A DNA stretch of 64,000 nucleotides, taken from sequence record NC_016571.1. One strand, 5' to 3'. Under the pieces are notes generated by a model that had not been told where the DNA came from, did not search any database, and worked only from the letters and a program-made list of their open reading frames with translations. The translations under genes and the position numbers were made by a program. Of the stretch, positions 1-9,051 are shown in pieces. How positions within the stretch are numbered: position 1 is the first letter of the stretch; the number at the start of each line of letters is the position of its first letter.

Positions 1-408
1 TATTATATCATGTTGGATAAGTTCGGTGATGATATCTCTTGTCAGTCCACTCCGAAACTGAACATCTTCGGCTTACCGACCTCGTTGTCGAAACATGAGC
101 GAGCCCGTGATTTCTATCGTGCAACTCTGAACCGAAATGTGGGTGAAACTGAAGGTCGTCTGTATATCAACCAGAAAGGCGGCGCAGCTGCTGTTCGTAT
201 CCTGGCTCTGGCTAACTCCGCTGAGTTACTGGAGGAATCGGTTAAGCGCTTAATCCGTGCAGATAACCCATTCACTATCGAGCGTCTGGTTTATCCTGGT
301 GAAGAGAAGAACAACCACTCTCTCCAGGTTATCGATAGCATGTTGTCCGACTTTGGCTTAGTATTAAGGAAAGAAAGTGAAGAAGATAAAACTCCGGGAA
401 TTTGCTAA
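1..408 (+). CDS. rpoB: Non-virion RNA polymerase beta subunit, C-terminal part (5'-truncated by window; phiKZ gp71-73-like)
   Basis: Frame is open from base 1 (TAT TAT ATC ATG). YYIMLDKFG...STPKLNIFGLP and NRNVGETEGRLYINQKGG match the beta C-terminal motifs (H.V.DK.HARS.GPY...QQP; GQRFGEMEVWAL). Lies directly upstream of a beta'-C gene. Confidence 0.85.
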   Translation, partial: YYIMLDKFGDDISCQSTPKLNIFGLPTSLSKHERARDFYRATLNRNVGETEGRLYINQKGGAAAVRILALANSAELLEESVKRLIRADNPFTIERLVYPGEEKNNHSLQVIDSMLSDFGLVLRKESEEDKTPGIC

Positions 409-2401
409 TCTCTCTTGTCTCTCCATGCTTCAGTTCACTGAACGTCGAGTGAAGATTGAGGTTATGGACGATCAGGAACAAACGGTTGTCACCGATACAT
501 GGATGATGGCCCTAACCTGGTTCAGTCTCGTAGTACATCGTCACTTCAATAAAGAACCGTATCATATCGATGAGGTTGCAATACTTAAGTCGGAGAAAGG
601 TCGTCAGGCATTTGTTGATGACAACTTACTTAAGAAACCAATCGATAACTTCCTGGGTCGTTTAATGCCCCAGTATGATGATCCGGTCTTCTATGACTTT
701 GTTAAACAATTGGTGTTTACTTGGCACAACCAGGTTCACAACTATATGTGTATCAAGTCTGAAGATGCAGTAGTGTCTGCACGTGCAGTTGATATCGTTC
801 ACGTATATCGTCATCCTAAGGTTGCTGACCTGAAGAAGCGAGTGCGTGAGCGTACAACGAATCTGGCTGATGCAGGTAAAGAGTTCGAGCAGATCATGAT
901 GACGGAACCGGAATTCGATAAATCCGTATTTGGTCTCCTGTATCGTACTCGTTCGGTATCTTCTATTCAGTCGTTCCAGTTGGTGATTGCTCGAGGTGAC
1001 GTATTCGACCTGAACAACGTTATCTTACCAAACACCGTAATGACGTCTTATGCTGATGGTATCACAAACCTGGCTGACTCATTAGGGGACTCCAAAGGTG
1101 CTGGGTTCTCACTTATCAGTAACGGCTCTGCACTACAGGACTCCGAGTGGTTCCATAAAAAGATCCACAACGTTTCCCAAGTTGTTCAATCTGTTCAGTA
1201 TCAGACGGACTGTGGTTCTCAAATAGGACCTATCCTGAAGATTATCAGCAAGGAGTTTAAGAAGTCCCTGGCTGGTCGTTGGCGTATATTAGAAGACGGC
1301 TCCAATGAGCTTCTGATTGGTCCAGCACTGGATAAGATCGAAACCGGTGACGTAATCCAGATTCGTGATGTGGCTTGGTGTCATCTTTCTCATAAAGGTA
1401 AACCATGTTCTAAGTGTTTCGGTAAAATGGAATCAGCTTTACCATATAACCCGTACACGAAGAAATCAGCAGTTCCAGGTTTGTTCTATGGTTCAACATT
1501 TGCTGAACCTATCGGACAGTCTATCCTGAAAACTAAGCACCGTATCGGATCCGCAACATCCGTAGGGTTCAAGGTGCAACGTCAGGATATGGATTATATT
1601 ACCACGGATGAAGCAGGTGACTTCATTTACTTCAAGAAGGATATCTTGAACGAAGATGCCGATCCATACATTATCCTGGATAAAGAAACTCAACAGGACT
1701 TCTCTGACTTCCAATTCATGGATAGCTTAGATGACCTGGACACAACTCGTCTGCGTACTTATGAGACGATTAAGTTGCGCGTCAATATCGTTAACCCAAT
1801 GTTCGATGACAGAAAGGCAACACACTTCCCGATTCTTACCACAACGGTCGCATCTCGTGATGCTCGTATGACTAAGACACTGGTTGAGTATCTGCTTTCT
1901 AAGAACATGGAAGAAGAAGGTCGTACCTTTAAGATCAGTCTGAAAGACTATGATTTCAAAGAGCCTGCTTTTGAACTTCCTCAGGTTAACGAAGATCTGG
2001 ATGCTTATCGTAAACGTGTAGAGAACTTCTTGAAGTTCCCTCATATCAACCGTCGTTGGGATGTCAAAGTTACTCCTGAGTTACATGGGGAGACAATGAT
2101 CGCATTCTGGAAGGTTGTAGACGAGAAGTATAAGGATGCTAACTCTATCATGCACTCTATCTTCCTGTGGGCATGTATGGGACGCGATCCTGAAAATCTG
2201 GATTATGGTATTCCAATCGGTGACCAACCGCGTAACTTCGTGTCTATGCATGAAGCGATCCTTAACCGTGGTCTGGGGAACACCTTGTTGTATGGTTGGC
2301 AGGCGAACGCCTTATTAGGTAGTCCGCTTAACTTCCTGATCAAAAACCGTCAGGGTGGGGTGCTCGAAGCATTTACTCACCCTATCGCTAGAGAAGCATA
2401 A
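377..2401 (+). CDS. rpoC: Non-virion RNA polymerase beta' subunit, C-terminal part (phiKZ gp74-like)
   Basis: SFQLVIARGDV (cf. QLAGMRGL); SNGSALQDSEWFHKK bridge-helix region; Zn site DCGS...WCH...CSKCFG; FAEPIGQSILKTKH (cf. AQSIGEPGTQLTMRTFH trigger loop). GTG start with AAGGAA SD. Confidence 0.9.
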   Translation: MKKIKLREFANLSCLSMLQFTERRVKIEVMDDQEQTVVTDTWMMALTWFSLVVHRHFNKEPYHIDEVAILKSEKGRQAFVDDNLLKKPIDNFLGRLMPQYDDPVFYDFVKQLVFTWHNQVHNYMCIKSEDAVVSARAVDIVHVYRHPKVADLKKRVRERTTNLADAGKEFEQIMMTEPEFDKSVFGLLYRTRSVSSIQSFQLVIARGDVFDLNNVILPNTVMTSYADGITNLADSLGDSKGAGFSLISNGSALQDSEWFHKKIHNVSQVVQSVQYQTDCGSQIGPILKIISKEFKKSLAGRWRILEDGSNELLIGPALDKIETGDVIQIRDVAWCHLSHKGKPCSKCFGKMESALPYNPYTKKSAVPGLFYGSTFAEPIGQSILKTKHRIGSATSVGFKVQRQDMDYITTDEAGDFIYFKKDILNEDADPYIILDKETQQDFSDFQFMDSLDDLDTTRLRTYETIKLRVNIVNPMFDDRKATHFPILTTTVASRDARMTKTLVEYLLSKNMEEEGRTFKISLKDYDFKEPAFELPQVNEDLDAYRKRVENFLKFPHINRRWDVKVTPELHGETMIAFWKVVDEKYKDANSIMHSIFLWACMGRDPENLDYGIPIGDQPRNFVSMHEAILNRGLGNTLLYGWQANALLGSPLNFLIKNRQGGVLEAFTHPIAREA

Positions 2402-2412
2402 CCCAATTAGGA

Positions 2413-2426
2413 CAAGGACGTCCTTG
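2413..2426. promoter_or_regulatory. Perfect 14-bp palindrome CAAGGACGTCCTTG at the start of the accessory island
   Basis: Self-complementary in sequence and abuts the GGAG SD of ORF 2437. Function inferred only. Confidence 0.4.
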
Positions 2427-2436
2427 GAGATTTAAA

Positions 2437-2769
2437 ATGATTACGTTAGCAGATAACATCGATGCAGGTTTCCTGAAGAAAGTATTGCTGGGAAAAATTG
2501 AGCAATACAACAATAACGAATTGGCGACCGGTTATTACCAAGCCCATAAACAGTTGCCCCCACGTGCTGTTTCATTCGCTCATATTACGGTTCGTCATCC
2601 AACGTTTGACGAGAGTATTATTGATGCTTGTTTGGAAGAGTTCAAGAAACAAGCAGGTGACTTTAAACTGACCCTATCAGCACTGGATGTTTTTATCGGC
2701 GCTGGTAAGTTTGGTTGGGAAGTTAAGTTTGAAGTGTTCAAATACGTCGCTCGTTTAGACGAGGTTTAA
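2437..2769 (+). CDS. Hypothetical protein
   Basis: 110-aa ORF with GGAG SD, packed end-to-end with the next ORF. Confidence 0.75.
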   Translation: MITLADNIDAGFLKKVLLGKIEQYNNNELATGYYQAHKQLPPRAVSFAHITVRHPTFDESIIDACLEEFKKQAGDFKLTLSALDVFIGAGKFGWEVKFEVFKYVARLDEV

Positions 2770-2973
2770 ATGGCCAAGCGTCTCCAGGTAGATGTTTCTG
2801 ATGAAACGTTCGACAAATTGTCCGTAATAAAGGATAAGACTAACGCATCTCAGGGTGAGGTAGTCAGTAAAGCAATTAAGTTATATTCCCACATCATGAA
2901 TGCGTTAAACGATGATGGTTCTCTTACTTATCTGAACGTAAATGGTAAGGAAGTTAAACTTATCATTCTTTAA
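2770..2973 (+). CDS. Ribbon-helix-helix (CopG/Arc/MetJ-like) DNA-binding protein
   Basis: KRLQVDVSDETFDKLSVIKDKTNASQGEVVSKAIKLY: alternating beta-ribbon, helix, S-x-x-E-(V/L) turn, helix. Confidence 0.7.
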   Translation: MAKRLQVDVSDETFDKLSVIKDKTNASQGEVVSKAIKLYSHIMNALNDDGSLTYLNVNGKEVKLIIL

Positions 2974-2983
2974 GGAAATTTAA

Positions 2984-3301
2984 ATGACCTTACTTGATAA
3001 CCAGAATGATACCATCACTGTAACCATGAAGATGGACAGTGAAATGAAGATGCCAGGTCGCGGACCCTTTGCGGGATTCCCAAAACTTCGTATCGTCGGT
3101 GTCATCGAAGGTGACAAAAATACTGCGACTGACTTCTGGCCTACCGCCGAGTCTATCCCTAGTACACGTCATCCAAAAACTATCCGGTTGATTAATCTCA
3201 ACTGGCAAAAGAAAACTGCACGAGTAGAATACGACGACACATCAAAGATCATTAAGGTCTTTGGTGGTAACGTTGATTCTGTTGTGATCAAAATCTCTTA
3301 A
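2984..3301 (+). CDS. Hypothetical protein
   Basis: 105-aa ORF with AAGGA SD in operon. Confidence 0.7.
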   Translation: MTLLDNQNDTITVTMKMDSEMKMPGRGPFAGFPKLRIVGVIEGDKNTATDFWPTAESIPSTRHPKTIRLINLNWQKKTARVEYDDTSKIIKVFGGNVDSVVIKIS

Positions 3302-3310
3302 GGATTAGAA

Positions 3311-3811
3311 ATGATAAAGAAAGTGCTTGAAGACTTTATCAAGGTTTGGACTGCGTACGAAGGCAATAACCTGGAACTAGGTGACGCTGTAAAACGTATC
3401 AACTCCGGGGATTGTGGCCTTACAGCCATTGCTGTTCATCACGTACTAAAACATAAGTACGGTATTGAAACGACTGTTCTTCTCAACCGTAATCATTGCT
3501 GGCTTCATTTCGGCGGTAAGGATTATGATAGCATGGCTGTTAACGGTTATGCTAACTCAGCTAATGAGGCATGGTCTGAAAAGGGTGATCCTAACCCAGT
3601 TCACGAGTTGACCTTTAAGGAAGCTTGTGATGAATGGATGCCGTGCGACACATATGGCGGTTATCTGGTCAAAGCGTTTGTTGAACGCTACGGGCTGACA
3701 CTCCCTACTGAACTCCAGCACTGCATCGACAATGCTGAAGAGTATGAGGGCGAGCAAGGTATTCCTGCCATTCTGGTTCGTTATGAATCTGCTAAGGCCA
3801 TTCCTTTATAA
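3311..3811 (+). CDS. Putative papain/transglutaminase-fold enzyme (Cys-His-Asp triad)
   Basis: INSGDC35GLTA helix start, NH62CW strand, D73 about 11 residues later. AAGGA SD. Confidence 0.5.
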   Translation: MIKKVLEDFIKVWTAYEGNNLELGDAVKRINSGDCGLTAIAVHHVLKHKYGIETTVLLNRNHCWLHFGGKDYDSMAVNGYANSANEAWSEKGDPNPVHELTFKEACDEWMPCDTYGGYLVKAFVERYGLTLPTELQHCIDNAEEYEGEQGIPAILVRYESAKAIPL

Positions 3812-3889
3812 GTAGATATCATTAATTCGGTAAAGAGAGTACCTTTATAGTATGATGAGATATTCGTCATACACATAAAAGGTTACACC

Positions 3890-4120
3890 ATGATTACCGC
3901 TATAAATGAAATGAAACCTGGGGAGTGCTTTAGTGTGGCTTCCGATGAAGGTGGAATTAAAAAGGCTCCTTGTCTGAGAAAGATATTAGCTGTAGGGAAC
4001 ACAGCTGTTGCATCTACTGAATTCAATGACCGGGGTTATACCTATAAACTGAAAATGGATAATTACTTGGGTAGTGAACCTATGAAGGATGGTAACACTC
4101 TCCATAAATTCAGCAAATAA
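3890..4120 (+). CDS. Small hypothetical protein (paralog of 4325..4570)
   Basis: Shares AI..(M/I).PG, SD...KAPC, GY...M.NY.G and T.H.F.K with 4325..4570. Confidence 0.7.
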   Translation: MITAINEMKPGECFSVASDEGGIKKAPCLRKILAVGNTAVASTEFNDRGYTYKLKMDNYLGSEPMKDGNTLHKFSK

Positions 4121-4129
4121 GGTAACGCG

Positions 4130-4315
4130 ATGGAATATAAGATCCACGAAATAGTTCGTCACGCCAAAGAGAATCAGGTTCAGATCAACTACATCTGGCA
4201 TCCAGCCAGACCGGTTGCTCCGAAAGGACTCTATGGTTTAAAGATTCGTATCAAAGGTGCCCTGAAAGTATTGACGGGTAAAGCTGATACTGTTGTTTGG
4301 CCTGGTAACCAATAA
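4130..4315 (+). CDS. Small conserved-type phage hypothetical protein
   Basis: W.PARP...RIK.AL.VLTGKAD..VW pattern resembles a small protein type I recall from other phages (not searched). AAGGT SD. Confidence 0.65.
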   Translation: MEYKIHEIVRHAKENQVQINYIWHPARPVAPKGLYGLKIRIKGALKVLTGKADTVVWPGNQ

Positions 4316-4324
4316 GGTTCAGAA

Positions 4325-4570
4325 ATGACCATTAAAGCAATTAGTGACATCCGTCCTGGTAACTACGTGTTCATCAAGTCTGATGCTATCTGTGACAAAG
4401 CTCCTTGCACTAAACGTGTAAAGGAAGTTACAGCTAAAGGTTTCATCTCCGATGATTCTGATGACGATGGTTACGAGTTCCCATTAGATATGGGTAACTA
4501 CGACGGCACCATTGACATCGGTTCCACCGCAGAGAAACCACCAAAAACTATCCACCAGTTTAATAAATAA
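4325..4570 (+). CDS. Small hypothetical protein (paralog of 3890..4120)
   Basis: Same shared motifs as 3890..4120. AAGGT SD; followed by a terminator. Confidence 0.7.
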   Translation: MTIKAISDIRPGNYVFIKSDAICDKAPCTKRVKEVTAKGFISDDSDDDGYEFPLDMGNYDGTIDIGSTAEKPPKTIHQFNK

Positions 4571-4571
4571 C

Positions 4572-4607
4572 GGGAGAGAGGGGCTTCGGCTCCTCTCCCC
4601 TATGTTT
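4572..4607 (+). terminator. Intrinsic terminator-like hairpin (UUCG loop, TATGTTT tail)
   Basis: GGGAGAGAGGGGC-TTCG-GCTCCTCTCCCC-TATGTTT right after the stop codon. Confidence 0.8.
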
Positions 4608-4899
4608 GGAGATTGTCATGAAAGTAGTAACAATTAGTAAGGGCGAAGAGGTCCAGATTAGTTTGGCTGGAATCACTCACTTCTGGTTAAACACAATCGA
4701 AAAGGAGGACGGTTCTATTATCACCAAAGTCAAACCGGCCTACCCGTCTGAGTTTGATTCGAAGTCTCCTTTGCGTTGTAACTATAACTATGACGGCATG
4801 ACGCCCACTCTTATTTACGACTCAGAAACCAAAACGCTGAAAGCGTCCGGTTGGGGTTATACAAAAATGACTTTCACTTTTAATAAGGAAAGTTCGTGA
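4606..4899 (+). CDS. Hypothetical protein (probable start ATG 4618)
   Basis: GGAG SD precedes ATG 4618. Confidence 0.65.
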   Translation: MEIVMKVVTISKGEEVQISLAGITHFWLNTIEKEDGSIITKVKPAYPSEFDSKSPLRCNYNYDGMTPTLIYDSETKTLKASGWGYTKMTFTFNKESS

Positions 4900-5366
4900 T
4901 CAAAGAAGAACACATTAAAGCGGCTGCGGCCATTGTAGATAACTTAACTCAAAAAGGAACCACCATGTCTCATAAAGTAGCTGTAGATAACGTAGAACCA
5001 ATCATTGGCAAATCAACCTTCTATACCGTTAAGAACGGCGAAGTGACCCCAATCACTGAAGATCTGCCTTCCAACGTTATCTTTATTCTGAACTGCATCA
5101 AAGTGACCCAAGACGATAAAGAAATCGTTCTGGGCAAAGAACAAGATGGTAAACGTTTTGTTCCTTCCTTTGAACTGTCTAAGTCAGAGACAGAGTTCAT
5201 CATTAACTACTTTGCGGAGGCTACCGAAGACCAACCTGCGATCAAACTACGCGGTACCGTCGATCTGGAAACTCGCACCATTTCTATTACCGGTGAAGGG
5301 TTTGAAACTGCTGAAGTTGAAGTAGTTGAATTTGCTCAGCAGGACGCTCCAGAAGCGACTGAGTAA
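4896..5366 (+). CDS. Hypothetical acidic protein with two SD-preceded in-frame starts (4896 GTG, 4965 ATG)
   Basis: AAGGA upstream of both starts. Confidence 0.7.
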   Translation: MIKEEHIKAAAAIVDNLTQKGTTMSHKVAVDNVEPIIGKSTFYTVKNGEVTPITEDLPSNVIFILNCIKVTQDDKEIVLGKEQDGKRFVPSFELSKSETEFIINYFAEATEDQPAIKLRGTVDLETRTISITGEGFETAEVEVVEFAQQDAPEATE

Positions 5367-5373
5367 TGATGCC

Positions 5374-5400
5374 TTGGGGTAGTTAAGGCTACCCCAAAAA
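5374..5400 (+). terminator. Hairpin TTGGGGTAG-TTAAGG-CTACCCCAA
   Basis: 9-bp perfect stem after the stop codon at the end of the accessory island. Confidence 0.65.
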
Positions 5401-5488
5401 GGAAGCTGTATTTAGTTACTGAGTTCGCAATCTGATAGCCAAGTATACTTTGGGCCTGCATGTTGCCTAGGTTCCTTAGAAACTATGT

Positions 5489-7048
5489 GTGAGGTTTATA
5501 AGAATGCGCCGGACGCTAGTTATCCATAAAGGGCACTCGTATGTCCGCCTGACTGACTATAAACCTGAACTCATGCAGCAAATATTACTTCCTTTTTGCA
5601 AGAGGAATTTTTACCGAGTTCAGAAAACGCCAGTTCCTGGTGGCGGACCAAATGCCATAAAGTGGGAAGTCAGTCATGTCTTCGCTCGTTTCAATAATGA
5701 CAAGACAGAACTTCGGTTCAATGCTGAGAAACTCCCAGATCTGTTAAAGATGATGGAAGAGAATGGTTATAACAAATCTCGGATATTAATCGAAACAGAG
5801 CCAGAAATTGAAGGTGCCAATGCGGTCATCAAGCTGAAAGATCCGAAGATCAAACCTCGTAACGAATTGCAGGAAGATTACTGTCAGTTCATGCTAGGTC
5901 CAAAACCAGTTGTTGTGAATAACGCGACCACTGGCTTCGGTAAAAGCTTCATGGCTATTTGGACAGCATACATGTTACAGAAGAGAACACTGATAACCGT
6001 ACTCCCCAGATATGTTGATATTTGGGTTAAGACGATTGCAGAGTTCCTTAACGTTCACCCCACGGATATCCTGGTGGCAGATACGTTTGGTATAGAGAAA
6101 CTTCACCAGATCATGAAAGACGGTTTGGTTAACCCTTCCTTTATCATACTCCCTCTGACCAAGATTGACGTATATATTAAGCGCATGAAGGAAGATTCTT
6201 CATTGCCAGGTTTGGATGAAGTATTCACGGACTTGAACTGCGGCTATCGTATTATCGATGAAGCACACGAATCGATCTATTCGGTTTACATGTCCATGAT
6301 GTTCGGTAACCACAAGAAGACCGCTGCATTGTCAGCTACTCTCTCTGGTGACGATGACTTCGTCAATGGTATCTACAGTCAGATATTCCCTCATCACGCG
6401 TACCTTAGACCTCCTGAGTACACCAAGTACATTCACGTCATTGCATATACTCACCGCATCGATGTGAACCGATACAGAATCCAAGCAAAAGGATTCGGCG
6501 GTTATTCTCATGTGAAGTTTGAACAAGCTGTGATGAAAAGCAGTCATGTTTGGGAACAGTATTATCAGATGCTTAAAGAGGCATTTGTGACTTACTACCT
6601 GGATACATATCGAGAAGGTCAGAAGGCCATGTGGTTCTTCCAGACCGTTGAGATGTGTGACCTGTTCCTGAAACGGCTCAAGAAAGACTATCCTGATTTA
6701 GATGCGATAACATTCACGGCAGAGCAGAGTGCGAAGAAGGAAACCAAATCAGCCTATAGAGAGCACAGAGTCGTTATTACAACTCCGGGTTCCTGTGGTA
6801 CTGGTAAGGACATCCCTCAGCTCTACATCGTGTTCAGTCCTGTTTCGGTGAGTTCTTCTCAGCGTAACGACCAGATGGTTGGACGTACTCGTCCGATTGA
6901 CAAATGGTGGCCTGACCTCGATCCGATCTTCTTGTACTTCGTATGTCCTGACATTGCGAAACAAGTTGATTACCATCGGAAACGTAAACAGATCTTCGAT
7001 AAGAAAATGAAGAAGTTTACGTTGATAGACTCTGGATCGCGTATTTAA
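5489..7048 (+). CDS. Superfamily 2 (DExH-box) helicase (phiKZ gp75-like)
   Basis: Walker A TTGFGKS; Walker B IIDEAHE; motif III LSAT; motif V GTGKDIP; motif VI QMVGRTR. Confidence 0.9.
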   Translation: MRFIRMRRTLVIHKGHSYVRLTDYKPELMQQILLPFCKRNFYRVQKTPVPGGGPNAIKWEVSHVFARFNNDKTELRFNAEKLPDLLKMMEENGYNKSRILIETEPEIEGANAVIKLKDPKIKPRNELQEDYCQFMLGPKPVVVNNATTGFGKSFMAIWTAYMLQKRTLITVLPRYVDIWVKTIAEFLNVHPTDILVADTFGIEKLHQIMKDGLVNPSFIILPLTKIDVYIKRMKEDSSLPGLDEVFTDLNCGYRIIDEAHESIYSVYMSMMFGNHKKTAALSATLSGDDDFVNGIYSQIFPHHAYLRPPEYTKYIHVIAYTHRIDVNRYRIQAKGFGGYSHVKFEQAVMKSSHVWEQYYQMLKEAFVTYYLDTYREGQKAMWFFQTVEMCDLFLKRLKKDYPDLDAITFTAEQSAKKETKSAYREHRVVITTPGSCGTGKDIPQLYIVFSPVSVSSSQRNDQMVGRTRPIDKWWPDLDPIFLYFVCPDIAKQVDYHRKRKQIFDKKMKKFTLIDSGSRI

Positions 7049-7052
7049 TAAC

Positions 7053-7091
7053 TGGACCTTGGGACCTTTGGGTTCCAGGGTTCATGTCTTT
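7053..7091 (+). terminator. Terminator-like hairpin after the helicase
   Basis: CCTTGGGACC-TTTG-GGTTCCAGGG followed by TTCATGTCTTT. Confidence 0.6.
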
Positions 7092-7543
7092 TGGCGGTAA
7101 CAATGAATGTATTAAATTTAGTATCGTTTAATGTCCGTGCTCCAGAAATTGCTCAGCTAGACACGTTACAAGTTGTAGCCGCTGGCTTGAACATTTTACT
7201 GGACGGACATAAAGCATTAGGGTTGGATATGGAGGACTTCAGTTTAATGGAGAACGCCAACCTTACCATGGGTGATCATGCATCTGAACTCTGTAACGGT
7301 TCAGATGAAGACTTTGACCGAATCTATAAGAATGCCAAGAATGTGCTAAATACCGTGTTAGCAACTCAAGGTGAAGAGTTGGTTGGGTTCGCTGCTAATC
7401 TATTAAGCATCGATGACATGATGACGTTTGAGTATCCTGGTCTTATAAGACTCTGCGTGAAAGAGGGTAGCAGAAATGGAAACGCTGGAAGTAGTCTCCT
7501 TTACCTTACCAAATCCGCGTATTGTTCAGGCTATTCATACTAA
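7091..7543 (+). CDS. Hypothetical protein
   Basis: 150-aa ORF; true start probably ATG near 7103. Confidence 0.65.
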   Translation: MAVTMNVLNLVSFNVRAPEIAQLDTLQVVAAGLNILLDGHKALGLDMEDFSLMENANLTMGDHASELCNGSDEDFDRIYKNAKNVLNTVLATQGEELVGFAANLLSIDDMMTFEYPGLIRLCVKEGSRNGNAGSSLLYLTKSAYCSGYSY

Positions 7544-7880
7544 ACCTATCGTCCTCCACGAGATCGTTGTATTTGTGCTCGGCAAACAGTTGATTTTGGG
7601 ACCTACTGAAAAGTATAGTTTTGATAACCGCATGCTTGAGTACATGGTGTCTTGTTTGGATCCACTGGATAAGACATCGGTTGTTAACGGCGATGACAAT
7701 GTTACGTTAATTTACTTAGAGTTAATCGACATTATCGAAAAGATTCAGCAAGGATATGTTTATCAGTCCCTGCTGAATGGAGGAGAGGTTTACCTTAAAT
7801 ATGACTATGATATTGGAAGAAGGTTTTCGAAAATTAGGTTGTACACCGATACCTATGAATACGGGGACCCCGTTTTATAA
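7476..7880 (+). CDS. Hypothetical protein
   Basis: GAGGG SD 8 nt before ATG; 68-nt overlap with the upstream ORF. Confidence 0.65.
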   Translation: METLEVVSFTLPNPRIVQAIHTKPIVLHEIVVFVLGKQLILGPTEKYSFDNRMLEYMVSCLDPLDKTSVVNGDDNVTLIYLELIDIIEKIQQGYVYQSLLNGGEVYLKYDYDIGRRFSKIRLYTDTYEYGDPVL

Positions 7881-8505
7881 CGAACCACTCGATTTACTTT
7901 ACTTAACTGGAGTATCACAGATGCCTTTGAATAACACAGCCGGTACATTACCCGCAACAGAACAAGCCATGGTCACTTATAAGTTCAAGTGCCCGGACTT
8001 AGCAGAGTTCTTTGAAACCCTTAACCCAGAGCAGTCACACATCGCTCTGGAAGGCGCTCTGAACATTATCTTTGCTAAGCCACCTATGTCATTGGAAGAT
8101 GTAATGGCTCCAATGGGGGACGGTACAGAGGCTCCTGATGAGGATGAGATTGAACCGCCTCAATCAGAAGAAGAATGTCAGATGGACCACGAAGGTTCTG
8201 TAACGCAGGCAACTGTACTGGCGCTGTTCGACCACCAACAAGGTATCCTGGCAGAAGCTGCTGGTATTACCGACATGGTCCCAGTCGATGATCCTGAGAA
8301 CTCCCCACTGTATCAGCAGATGGAAGAGATCTTTGGAAACATCGTGACTAAACTTTCTTCTGATATCACCGAAGATCGTTTCAACCAAGATGTCATTACT
8401 CTTTACGGAGAAATGGAGTTCTTCTCCCGCATCGAAATGTTCACCTATCAGTATAACACCAAAACTGATCAGCTGATCGTAACGATCTCTGCGTGTAACG
8501 CTTAA
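7777..8505 (+). CDS. Hypothetical acidic protein (probable start ATG 7921)
   Basis: GGAG SD before ATG 7921 removes the 104-nt overlap. Confidence 0.7.
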   Translation: MEERFTLNMTMILEEGFRKLGCTPIPMNTGTPFYNEPLDLLYLTGVSQMPLNNTAGTLPATEQAMVTYKFKCPDLAEFFETLNPEQSHIALEGALNIIFAKPPMSLEDVMAPMGDGTEAPDEDEIEPPQSEEECQMDHEGSVTQATVLALFDHQQGILAEAAGITDMVPVDDPENSPLYQQMEEIFGNIVTKLSSDITEDRFNQDVITLYGEMEFFSRIEMFTYQYNTKTDQLIVTISACNA

Positions 8506-8520
8506 GACAATGAACAGTCC

Positions 8521-8550
8521 CTCCCCTACTCCTTAACCGGGGTAGGGGAG
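8521..8550 (+). terminator. Hairpin CTCCCCTACTCC-TTAACC-GGGGTAGGGGAG
   Basis: 12-bp stem with one G-U pair; member of the CTAC/GTAG hairpin family. Confidence 0.7.
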
Positions 8551-8592
8551 TGGTCTGAATACATTATTCCTTCCTAATTAAAGGAGTGCCTT

Positions 8593-9048
8593 ATGCCTGT
8601 CATTATTTATAAATGGATGACTCTAGCCAACATACCTCCTTTAAGCAAGGAGTCACCCGAGATAACGGATGTTTATGCTCACATAAAAGAAGGACTAAAG
8701 AAAGATCCTAAATTTACTGTTTGGGAAATTCCTCAATATACCTCATTCGGTGGAAGAGTGAGTTGGACCGCGTCCAACTTGAGAGTTTCCATAAAGGGCA
8801 TGATCGCATATCAAGTAGGAAAGTCTCTGCGAATGTCTACGGGGATCTTTAAGAACGGTGTACCCTCTGTTCACATCCCCACATTGACGTACTCTGAGTA
8901 CTTTCCATTGGACCGTATTATTGCCTGTACATTCCTTCCTATCCCGGAGGAGTTATCAGAATACTCCAAAAGTGAGTTAAAGGTAGGGAGAATAAATGGT
9001 CAAAAACATCAAGTTCATTTGGCTAATTTGAAGTGGATGAAACCATAG
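8593..9048 (+). CDS. Hypothetical protein
   Basis: AAGGAG SD; flanked on both sides by related hairpins. Confidence 0.75.
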   Translation: MPVIIYKWMTLANIPPLSKESPEITDVYAHIKEGLKKDPKFTVWEIPQYTSFGGRVSWTASNLRVSIKGMIAYQVGKSLRMSTGIFKNGVPSVHIPTLTYSEYFPLDRIIACTFLPIPEELSEYSKSELKVGRINGQKHQVHLANLKWMKP

Positions 9049-9051
9049 TTA

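Noticed and set aside
3811-3889. Possible fourth early promoter (AGATATCATTAATTCGGTA)
   Set aside because: It deviates in both the hexamer and the TGTA spacing; insufficient match.
7777-7920. Long gene overlaps at 7777, 35348, 36416, 41721 and 63882-63989
   Set aside because: These are ORF-caller extensions to upstream alternative starts; SD-supported or better-fitting downstream ATGs remove most of the overlap.
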